Shown here piece by piece: positions 1 through 10,900 of a stretch of 64,000 bases of DNA (position 1 is the stretch's first letter; every line of letters starts with the position of its first letter). Origin of the DNA: Macrostomum hystrix. Its lineage: Eukaryota; Animalia; Platyhelminthes. The translations under genes were made by a program, and so were the position numbers. The notes beneath the pieces were generated by a model. The model did no database searches and was not told the DNA's origin. It saw only the letters and a list, made by a program, of their open reading frames with translations. Where the stretch lies: contig CATNEN010000003.1 in NCBI GenBank assembly GCA_950097015.1, forward strand, positions 15,500,001-15,564,000. The letters run 5' to 3'.

Positions 1-260
1 CTAACAGGTGACACTCCTGTCTAACAGGTGACACTCCTGTCTAACATGTGAGACTCCTGTCTCACAGGTGAGACTCCTGTCTAACAGGTGAGACTCCTGT
101 CTAACATGTGAGACTCCTGTCTAACAGGTGAGACTCCTGTCTAACAGGTGACACTCCTGTCTAACAGTGTGACACTCCTGTCTAACAGTGTGACACTCCT
201 GTCTAACAGGTGACACTCCTGTCTAACAGGTGAGACTCCTGTCTAACAGGTGAGACTCCT
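1..260. repeat. Minisatellite, 20-bp unit CTAACAGGTGAGACTCCTGT (runs off window start)
   Basis: About 13 tandem units read directly; each unit has an internal inverted repeat ACAGG...CCTGT. Confidence 0.95.
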
Positions 261-526
261 GCATTAGTAAAATAAGAGTTCTCAGTAAAAATGAAATCTC
301 AAATGCTCTTATGTAACGAACGTTAATTTAAAGTTTAGAAATAAATTGCGTTACTTTGCGTTACTTGAAAATCGAGTTTACCCGATATTAACTTGGATCT
401 CATAGTTAGTTTAGTGATAATTAGTGTGTGTAAATTTTGTGTACCCAATACTTGTCGTTTTGCGGTAATATTTTATTAAGACAGGTAGAATTATTTCTTC
501 CTTTTTGAGATAGGTTTTAATATCAC

Positions 527-1768
527 AAATCCTTCAGGCCATGGGATAATCAAATCCTCTAAACCATGGGATAATCAAATCCTCTAAACCATGCATGGGA
601 TAATCAAATCCTTCAGGCCATGGGATAATCAAATCCTCTAAACCATGGGATAATCAAATCCTCTAAACCATGGGAAAATCAAATCCTCTAAACCATGGGA
701 AAATCAAATCCTCTAAACCATGGGAAAATCAAATCCTCTAAACCATGGGATAATCAAATCCTCTAAACCATGGGATAATCAAATCCTTTAAACCATGGGA
801 TAATCAAATCCTCTAAACCATGGGAAAATCAAATCCTCTAAACCATGGGAAAATCAAATCCTCTAAACCATGGGATAATCAAATCCTCTAAACCATGGGA
901 TAATCAAATCCTCTAAACCATGGGATAATCAAATCCTCTAAACCATGGGATAATCAAATCCTTCAGGCCATGGGATAATCAAATCCTCTAAACCATGGGA
1001 AAATCAAATCCTCTAAACCATGGGAAAATCAAATCCTCTAAACCATGGGATAATCAAATCCTCTAAACCATGGGATAATCAAATCCTCTAAACCATGGGA
1101 TAATCAAATCCTCTAAACCATGGGATAATCAAATCCTCTAAACCATGGGATAATCGAATCCTCTAAACCATGGGATAATCCAATCCTCTAAACCATGGGA
1201 TAATCGAATCCTCTAAACCATGGGATAATCAAATCCTCTAAACCATGGGATAATCAAATCCTCTAAACCATGGGATAATCAAATCCTCTAAACCATGGGA
1301 TAATCGAATCCTCTAAACCATGGGATAATCAAATCCTCTAAACCATGGGATAATCGAATCCTCTAAACCATGGGATAATCAAATCCTCTAAACCATGGGA
1401 TAATCAAATCCTCTAAACCATGGGATAATCGAATCCTCTAAACCATGGGATAATCGAATCCTCTAAACCATGGGATAATCAAATCCTCTAAACCATGGGA
1501 TAATCCAATCCTCTAAACCATGGGATAATCAAATCCTCTAAACCATGGGATAATCAAATCCTCTAAACCATGGGATAATCAAATCCTCTAAACCATGGGA
1601 TAATCAAATCCTCTAAACCATGGGATAATCAAACCCTTCAGGCCATGGGATAATCAAACCCTTCAGGCCATGGGATAATCAAACCCTTCAGGCCATGGGA
1701 TAATCAAACCCTTCAGGCCATGGGATAATCAAATCCTTTAAACCATGGGATAATCAAATCCTTCAGGC
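527..1768. repeat. Minisatellite, 25-bp unit AAATCCTCTAAACCATGGGATAATC
   Basis: About 50 near-identical tandem units; variant units (CCTTCAGGCC) concentrated at both ends. Confidence 0.97.
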
Positions 1769-2354
1769 CGCTACGTTCTTACTGAGACAAGATACAAATA
1801 AAAAATTAGCATTTCAATGTTTAAAAAAATATAATTTTTGTGATACGTGCTTTTAAGAAGCATAGTTTTTCCTGTTTGAACTTAAACTTAGAGTTTTTTC
1901 TGTGTACACTGTTGTCAAGGATAATGTATCTCAACTGTCATATCTTAAAAGTAGTAAATATGTGTGCTTATAGTTTATATTTTATAAATATTTTGCCCCA
2001 ACCAGACTTAACACGAATAATCACACTCCGTTTCTGTCTGCGTGTCTGTGTGATGGATTTTTTTTCAAAAAACGGCAGAAATTTTTTTTACTAATGTTTA
2101 CTAGTTTTTAGTAGATGTTCAGAGTATTTTTCGTGCGCTGTACTTTTAAAAGCAGTTTTAATTAAGTGTTTTATGACAATCGTTGATATAAAAATACAAA
2201 TTTGTTGTAAATCCAAAAAGTTTACAGAAATTTATGCTGCTTTGATTTTTCCCCTTTGAATACTTTTACATTCACATTCTTCTAATCTCTCCCTTCTCTC
2301 ACCCTTAAGAATACTCATTCATTTCCATTCTCAATCCCTAATCTCGAGTTCTCT

Positions 2355-2862
2355 TTTCCCAGTCCCTCTCTTCCCAGTCCCTCTCTTCCCAGTCCTTCTC
2401 TTCCCAGTCCCTCTCTTCTCAGTCCCTCTCTTCCCAGTCCCTCTCTTCCCAGTCCCTCTCTTCCCAGTCCCTCTCTTCCCAGTCCCTCTCTTCCCAGTCC
2501 CTCTCTTCCCAGTCCCTCTCTTCCCAGTCCCTCTCTTCCCAGTCCCTCTCTTCCCAGTCCCTCTCTTCTCAGTCCCTCTCTTCCCAGTCCCTCTCTTCCC
2601 AGTCCCTCTCTTCCCAGTCCCTCTCTTCCCAGTCCCTCTCTTCTCAGTCCCTCTCTTCCCAGTCCCTCTCTTCCCAGTCCCTCTCTTCCCAGTCGCTCTC
2701 TTCCCACTCCCTCTCTTCCCAGTCCCTCTCTTTCCATTCCCTGTCTTCCCAGTCCCTCTCTTCCCAGTCCCTCTCTTCCCAGTCCCTCTCTTCCCATTCC
2801 CTCTCTTCCCAGTCCCTCTCTTCCCAGTCCCTCTCTTCCCAGTCCCTCTCTTCCCAGTCCCT
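2355..2862. repeat. Minisatellite, 15-bp unit CCCAGTCCCTCTCTT
   Basis: Direct tandem array; explains the spurious (GREGL)n ORF 2315..2962. Confidence 0.97.
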
Positions 2863-4225
2863 CCTTTACAATTTCCTCTTTCCCTATCTCTTTGTTTCCA
2901 TCTCTTATCCTTCCTTTTTTCCTTATCTTTCTCTCTCTTAATTCTCTCTCCTCTTCTTTCAATCCAATTTTCTCCCTTCTCTCTAGTTCTCCCTGCCTAT
3001 AACGAACCCACTTGAGTGAGTCTATCTACGTGTAATTTGCAGTTATTTTATTATGAAAATTAGTAAAAATCCAATTCAGTAAATAGAATGTCTACATCAT
3101 TTAAAGTAAATTTTATTTTTTTCAAAAAGTACATCTTAATTTCTTTAAAATGATAGAAATAATAATTGACACCTTAGCCAACAAATCACTGTCTGCTGGT
3201 CGCTATAACGTTTGATTCGGAAAAATTGTCGAGATTATTCAGGCGGATTAAAGCAACTTCTGCGAGAGAACCAGCAGCTTAAGGATTAGCTTTAGGATTA
3301 GGAGCAATATTTTCGTGACCAAGTGTGAGATGCTGAGGATTGTTAGTGGGAGTTCCAGAGCCCAGAAAATGATGAAAACCCTAGCGCAGATGGGATCTCT
3401 GTGTGAGCTCTAGCTTATAATCTATTCGGGCTGCAAATACGGGAAAACTGGGAGTCATTGGAAACCTTTGAAGGAGGTGCGATATGAATTTTCACGGTTA
3501 ATCCCGTCTCGACTTGTCTTATCTTTCATCCTGACAATTGTTTTATCCCATTCATTATCCCATAGATTCTCAAATTCAGACGAGAACACTTAAGCGATTA
3601 GTTAGTTAAATAAGCGGCTTCTGCTATTTTAAAATGGAATAAAATAATCGTGGATTATAATACTCTTATAGGTGAGTAAGACTCTGACTTAGATCCTGGT
3701 TTCATGTTTATTAAACTGGCGTACCTAACACTTACAATTTTTTTATTTACAATGTTGTCCTTAGTTTAACTTTTAATATAAGAGTCTCGACAAAAAAGGA
3801 GGCGTTGTTCAAACTACTCTACTTACAGTAACTACAAGGAAATTGGCAGGATTTTTTTGTGTGACTAATGAATTTAACATAATACTAATTAGCAATGCTT
3901 CCAAAAAAGGCACACTGAATAATCCTATTTCGACGCCAAGCTTAGCACACAATAAACTATTTGCGTCACATGGCGCAATCACTAAGCGAAGTTTAAAATT
4001 GATACTGATCTGTTATAGCAGTGACAAAAGGGTCACTCACAGTGACAAGGGTTACTGGGTGCGTTGTACAAGAAAAAACGATTTAAAAGATTATAACTTT
4101 AAAGAAATAATTACGGGATAGAATAGGAGAGAGAGAGTAGATTTGAAATTCACGTTCACTGTAACTATTTCATTGTCAATGTGACTTATTGCACCCTTGC
4201 CCTTGAAATACACGATATAGCATTT

Positions 4226-4382
4226 AAAGGTCGAGGGTTCGATTCCGGCCGGAACCCACTAGAACAATTCGCAACACTTGACTCTGCATTGCAGTTGACT
4301 CAGCAGCTAAATGGGTACCAGCATCAGCTGGGATAATTGAAGGTGGGTGTGGCGTCCCCCAGTCCATGGACTGGACAGCCAC
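4226..4382 (+). mobile_element. tRNA-derived SINE family A, truncated copy
   Basis: B-box GGTTCGATTCC followed by AAATGGGTACCAGCATCAGCTGGGATAATTGAAGGTGGG, matching the reverse complement of 5040-5210 and the copy at 30984. Confidence 0.8.
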
Positions 4383-4499
4383 GGCCTTTTTTCGCTGACC
4401 CCGAACGGAGCAAAGCAAACACACGAAACTCAAGGACACGGGCCAAATTTTCCCATTCCCATTCCCTCTCTTCTCATTCCCTCTCTTCCCAGTCCATCT

Positions 4500-4880
4500 C
4501 TTGTCGGCCAGCTTTTTAGACCGTCGAGATATTCAATGGTTCTGGCCGAAGGTCGGATTTTTTCCGTAAAAGCGCTAGTGTATTTCATGCACCCCTATGC
4601 ACGAATTAGCACTGCGCCTCAGCGCGGCCTTGCCTGGCCTTCAAAATTTATCAGCAACGTCATCCGAATGTGCCTGCATCATCTCCGTCTTCGGTGGTCA
4701 CCTACCTTTATCTAGACGGACTGCTGGACCTTCAAGGGCTACAACAGGTGGAAATAGGCCACTATGGACACCCATTTGGCCATAGACGCGAATTTCTCCG
4801 ATTTCATTGATCAAGCCTAACCACAGTACACCCTCGCCTAGTCTGTCAACCAATCAGTCACCACCCAACGCTATTGACAT
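4500..4880 (-). pseudogene. Degenerate non-LTR retrotransposon reverse-transcriptase fragment
   Basis: Minus-strand translation across frameshifts and stops gives RWVVTDWLTD, GCP and MQAHSDDVA, resembling the WxxxWLTDR / GxPQG / xAYADD motifs of LINE RTs. Confidence 0.45.
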
Positions 4881-4929
4881 TCAGGCGCTGCCAAAAAATT
4901 AATGTGGCAGGTGTAATTAATTTTGCATT

Positions 4930-5256
4930 TTAATAATAAAATAATAATAATTTATTACACCTGCCCCAATTGGGTCAGATGTGCAGCCGAAAGCACAGCC
5001 GCAGCTAATGCGCGGCGCATCTTAAGGCTGCGTACAGCTGTTCAGTCCATGGACTGGGGGGACGCCACACCCACCTTCAATTATCCCAGCTGATGCTGGT
5101 ACCCATTTTGTCACCCATTTAACAGCTGGGTGAACTGAAGCAATGCAGAGTTAAGTGTCTTGCTAAAGGACACAAACTGTTCAGGGGAGTCGGGAATCGA
5201 ACCCCCGACCTTCAAGTTGTGAGCCCGACGCCCTAACCACTAGGCTACAACCTCTC
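4930..5256 (-). mobile_element. tRNA-derived SINE family A, near full-length copy
   Basis: Reverse complement starts GAGAGGTTGTAGCCTAGTGGTTAGGGCG (A-box), has GGTTCGATTCC (B-box), a central CACCCAGCTGTTAAATGGGT block and ends in an (ATT)n tail at ~4930-4950. Confidence 0.88.
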
Positions 5257-5879
5257 TTACACTGAAGGTCGTCCCAGTTTCTCTCCTCCCATTCCCTCTC
5301 TACCCAGTCATTATAAACAATGATTTGCATTTTGCATTAACTACCAAAGGGTTCGAAGAAAAGAGTGTGAGAAAAAAATGGCGGCAAAATATCTTGTTAG
5401 TCCTACTGTTTAATATAATATTGGTCAGTTAATTAAAGTCCAGATAGGCAACAAAGTCATAAAAAATATCGTAATGCCGTATTTAGTAATTGACACAAAC
5501 CGCGTCACTTCAAGGTCAATCAATAATGCGATATGCATAGGAATTTGCCATATATTTAGCTAAATATTATCAATCGAGCCTCATCAAGCCAGACATATTT
5601 TACTTCTAAATACTGTTAGAAGGGTAGATAGGAGTACAATAATGTACAGTCACTTAAAAAACGTTAAAATGACACAGAAACCAAAAAAGTTTCAAAGCTG
5701 ACAAAAATAGGTGGGTTATGTAGCACAAGTAGCACAAAGTGGTACGAGCTAAATAAAATCTAAATTTGCGACAGTCCCCATTTCACTGGCTGATATGTTA
5801 TATATAAATACACCCTTAAGCGAAAATAAAATTTTAGAAATTAGTTTGTGAACAAAATTTTGAAAATCCAAAACTATGG

Positions 5880-7210
5880 GGATCAGAATCCCGGATCAGG
5901 GAAATCCCAATTATTTATCTTAGGATCAGAATCCTAGATAAGGGAAATCCCAATGATTTATCTTAGGATCAGAATTCCAGATCAGGGAAATCCATTTCGC
6001 GGGAAATCCCAATGATTTATCTTAGCTTCAGAATCCTAGATAAGGGAAATCCCAATGATTTATCTTAGCTTCAGAATCCTAGATAAGGGAAATCCCAATG
6101 ATCTATCTTAGCTTCAGAATCCTAGATAAGGGAAATCCCAATGATCTATCTTAGCTTCAGAATCCTAGATAAGGGAAATCCCAATGATTTATCTTAGCTT
6201 CAGAATCCTAGATAAGGGAAATCCCAATGATCTATCTTAGCTTCAGAATCCTAGATAAGGGAAATCCCAATGATTTATCTTAGGATCAGAATCCTAGATA
6301 AGGGAAATCCCAATGATCTATCTTAGCTTCAGAATCCTAGATAAGGGAAATCCCAATGATTTATCTTAGCTTCAGAATCCTAGATAAGGGAAATCCCAAT
6401 GATCTATCTTAGCTTCAGAATCCTAGATAAGGGAAATCCCAATGATCTATCTTAGCTTCAGAATCCTAGATAAGGGAAATCCCAATGATTTATCTTATCT
6501 TCAGAATCCTAGATAAGGGAAATCCCAATGATCTATCTTAGCTTCAGAATCCTAGATAAGGGAAATCCCAATGATTTATCTTAGCTTCAGAATCCTAGAT
6601 AAGGGAAATCCCAATGATCTATCTTAGCTTCAGAATCCTAGATAAGGGAAATCCCAATGATTTATCTTAGCTTCAGAATCCTAGATAAGGGAAATCCCAA
6701 TGATCTATCTTAGCTTCAGAATCCTAGATAAGGGAAATCCCAATGATTTATCTTAGCTTCAGAATCCTAGATAAGGGAAATCCCAATGATTTATCTTAGC
6801 TTCAGAATCCTAGATAAGGGAAATCCCAATGATTTATCTTAGCTTCAGAATCCTAGATAAGGGAAATCCCAATGATCTATCTTAGCTTCAGAATCCTAGA
6901 TAAGGGAAATCCCAATGATTTATCTTAGCTTCAGAATCCTAGATAAGGGAAATCCCAATGATCTATCTTAGCTTCAGAATCCTAGATAAGGGAAATCCCA
7001 ATGATCTATCTTAGCTTCAGAATCCTAGATAAGGGAAATCCCAATGATTTATCTTAGCTTCAGAATCCTAGATAAGGGAAATCCCAATGATTTATCTTAG
7101 CTTCAGAATCCTAGATAAGGGAAATCCCAATGATCTATCTTAGCTTCAGAATCCTAGATAAGGGAAATCCCAATGATTTATCTTAGGATCAGAATCCTAG
7201 ATCAGGGAAA
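5880..7210. repeat. Minisatellite, 43-bp unit AGAATCCTAGATAAGGGAAATCCCAATGATTTATCTTAGCTTC
   Basis: About 30 tandem units with degenerate units at both edges. Confidence 0.97.
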
Positions 7211-7937
7211 TACTAGATTCAAAACTAAGGATCAGAAACCTAGATTATGCTAATCCTAATTATCGATCTTAGAATCGAAATCCATGTTTAGGTAAATTCC
7301 AATTACCAAGTTAGGGATCAGAATCCTAACATCAGGAATAATCCTACTTAACAGAATCGAGTTGTTGATATTTAAAGGGATAAAGGGATTATTAATACTA
7401 ATATTTTCGTTTATATAGAAGTATTATCAACACCTAGATATGCAAGACAATGTACAGAGATGAAATTGTTTGAGAAGTGTACATTCAGTAGTTCAACTAA
7501 TGCCTGTGATGGAGTCTAATTGCGATTTTTTTTATTACACAGTAAAGTAATTACAGAATCGATTAATATTATTATCCCAGTACTAACAATTGACAAGCCT
7601 CATTGCTGAATTGTCATATTTTGAGTCTGAAGCAAACGATATTATACAATTGAGCATGTGAAGAATTAAAAATAAATAGAAATCATATTTATTGTGCTTT
7701 GGCTGCATGTAGACGGAATACTTAAACGTTATTAGAACAAAAAGTACAGACAGGAGACGTACAAATTATAATGGGATTCGGGAATGCAAGCCTAATACTT
7801 AAGGCGTTAACATTTTTTCATTCCGGCCGGCATTATTAATTAGCCGACTATAAACCAAGAAAAATAATTACGTGACTTAGCTGCCTAAATATGACATTTG
7901 TACTGTCTCAAGGTAAGTCATTATTAATATATTATTA

Positions 7938-10900
7938 TTAAGCAGTGGTTGCTTGCGGAAGCGCCGCAGAGGAAGAGGTAGCAACAGCAGCTGCTGCTGC
8001 TGACGATGCTGTTGAATTAGACGGAGTGGAGTTCTCGTCAAGCAGAACTTCACTGAGCGGTCGTTGGCGCCTTTTAGTTGCAATGCGGTCAGTTGCGGTA
8101 ATGGCAGATCGCTGCTGCTGCTGCTGTTGCTGGGCGGTGAAAGACATTTTAGACATTGCACTGACAGTGGTTGGACTGTTTGCACAGCTAGCCACTATTG
8201 AAGCAGCGGAGGCGGCCGTCAGACAGAATCTTTTCTGACGCTTCGCTTCTGAGCAGGATGAGTCTGAGTCCTCTGCTGTTGATGCCGAAGACTCCGATTG
8301 CTGCTTTTGCTGCTGAAGTTGGCGTTCGAATTCCAAAAGTTGTCCAAGAAAATTGAAATTCGGACTAATACTAGGCCGGCGAGCTTTAACGTAGCTAAAA
8401 ACAGAAGAAGTTACTTTGTTAGGTTGCACATTTTGAATTAGCCTTTTTAAAAATGCATATCGCTTATAAAAATAAAATTCCGCTCACCGATAAGCCTCAT
8501 CTTGAGTCATATTGAGATGCTGCATAATGTATGCAATCACCATGGTTGGAGAGCGAGACACGCCAGCAAGGCAGTGTACAAGGCAGCGACCGTTGCTACG
8601 CCGGACATTGTCTAAAAGTAAGAGAACGAAGTTATAAATTATTTTTTCGATACATATAGGCTTTTTTAATATTGCCAAAAAACTATTTTTCGATACATAT
8701 AGGCTAAATAAAATGTACATTTTCGGTGCCTATAGCCTAGAAAAACGTTTTTCAGGTAAAACGAACACTTACCAAGAAACTGGAAAGCCAGTTTGAAATG
8801 CGGCAACAATTTGTCGGCGTAGCCGTCGTTAACTGGAACGCGCATGAAATTAGCCTCGTCGACGTGTTCAGACTGGGGACAATTGGCGCTCACATTCAAT
8901 ATGTGGGTAATGCCGTGACGCCGGATCACATCTGAGTCGCAGGCGTCAGTTTGAGAGCCGACGTAGACAAAACTTAATAGTTCAGTCGGTCCCTGATTCG
9001 TGGCGTAGTTTGGCTCGACTAGAAACTGTCGCTGCTGCTGCTGCTGACAACACGGGCCGACGCCATCGACACTATCAGCTCCAGCTCGGACAGCCGGGCA
9101 TCTGGACTCGCAGTACTGCGGATAGGCCGCGGCGAAGTGGGCGAAACCTCCTGAAACGATGTTGCGGTTCGTCGGATTTGTAGCTGACTCGGCTAGGAGA
9201 GCCTCCTGAGCGCATGTCACTACTGTGGCTGCTGCCACATTCGAAGATAGGCAACAGTTATGCTGATGAAATGTTAGCTTCTCTGGTCGAAATTTTCTGC
9301 ACAGCACCATGCCTTTTGAAAATCTCGTAGCTATTCTCTCGGGAAAAAAAACTTATAATGTTCAAACGCAAGCTAGCAAGAGTTCGCTGTTGCTGTGCAG
9401 AATTGATATGCTTATTCACCATACAGAGGAGAGGGCTTTATATAATTCATTGAGTGAAGGTATAGAAAAAGGACGATCTAAAAATAGCATATGACTAGAG
9501 CTGACACTCGTCTATTTTTAGAATTGGACAAATGCACATTTGGGGGATTGGATAGACTTTAAGCGCTCCGCCTCAAAACCCTCCGCTCACGCACACGTAG
9601 CGTGCGTGCTTGTCCCCACACTTTTCCAGCACCCGGTTTTTCTATCCAGTTCTCCAGTTCTAGCCCAGCCAACCCAACCCTACAGTGAGTCACACAAACA
9701 TTTCTTTCTCGATAATTCTAGCAAGCTTCCAGAAAAATGTACCTAGCAGAAAGCGCTAACAGAAGGGCGGGGTGGAGGGAATCCTCACTAAGATCGTTGC
9801 TTCTCTTGCTTGAAATAGAGCGAATGACGAAGGGAAAAGTTATGGTAAGAACTAACGATTGGTCACGGGATGAGATGGGGATTACTAAAAATAGACTGTA
9901 AACCGTATGGTTGCTAAGGTGTCATAAAAACAGGGGGGAAATACCCCCTCTTCCCCACTGTAAGAAAAACGGTTCGTGCTTGGTGGAGTTTTCCTGTTTC
10001 AACCGATACGAGACGAAGTGGTGCAGCATGCACGTACCACGTACAATCTGGCCTGAGGCTACATAAGTCATTAAAATCCTACTTTAGTGTAAAGGGAAAA
10101 TGGAATTCCATGTGAAACTCACAAATATTGATGCCCGACTGTACCCTAAGTATAGAAATGTCTTATCAGTACATGACTGCAACAGAAATATCCTTATTTG
10201 TCTACTTCTACATATACAGCTTTATGAAGTGTTGACTGAACTCCCTAAATAGACGACAGATCAACAGAAAACTATTTACTTTAAGAAGATGAGAAGCACT
10301 AAGAAATATTAGTTAAATAAAAGTTCAGATACAAAATGTCGAAAGAATGCGAATAAATATAACTTATCTTGCGTCACTAGTATTAGATAGAAGAAAAAGG
10401 ACAGACTGCTAATAGCGCGTTGAGGTTGAGAAGGAGAAAAAAGAAAACGTGATCATTACTATGAAACAATGTTTGAGGGCTCTTAAGTCTTAACATACAA
10501 CGTCAGGCCATCTCAGTTAAACTATGATGATAAAAAAGCAAATTTATTAAATTAAATACAAAGACATAAAAAAGACTGGAAATGCAACACCTATTGACTA
10601 TTGTCAAGGATTTACGGTGAAAATTAAATATTTAAACAAATCTATCTAGTCAAGGATTAGTGCTAATTACTTAATTTCACGTGACTTCCACAGAAAAGAC
10701 AGGACCGCAGTAAATAAATTAGTCACAGGGTGCTTAAACAGTGCAGTATTTTAAACAAAAAGTATTTAACCAATTATCTGTGAAATCAGCTTGATTTATT
10801 TATTTATTTATTGAAGGTATATTTTTAAAGACCCTCGACTAAGGTGGCCGGCCATCGGCCAAACACTTATAGGTGTGTAGCGCAACGCGTGAATATTAAC

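Noticed and set aside
2315-2962. 215-aa (GREGL)n ORF
   Set aside because: Translation of a 15-bp minisatellite; no real start and no splice support.
5175-5256. tRNA-like sequences here and at 16400-16474, 23890-23967, 30984-31055 and 45039-45115
   Set aside because: They are SINE heads: followed by shared bodies and tails, degenerate, with no Pol III terminator after a clean cloverleaf.
527-7210. Regular repeats as possible CRISPR arrays
   Set aside because: No unique spacers, no cas genes, eukaryotic spliced context.
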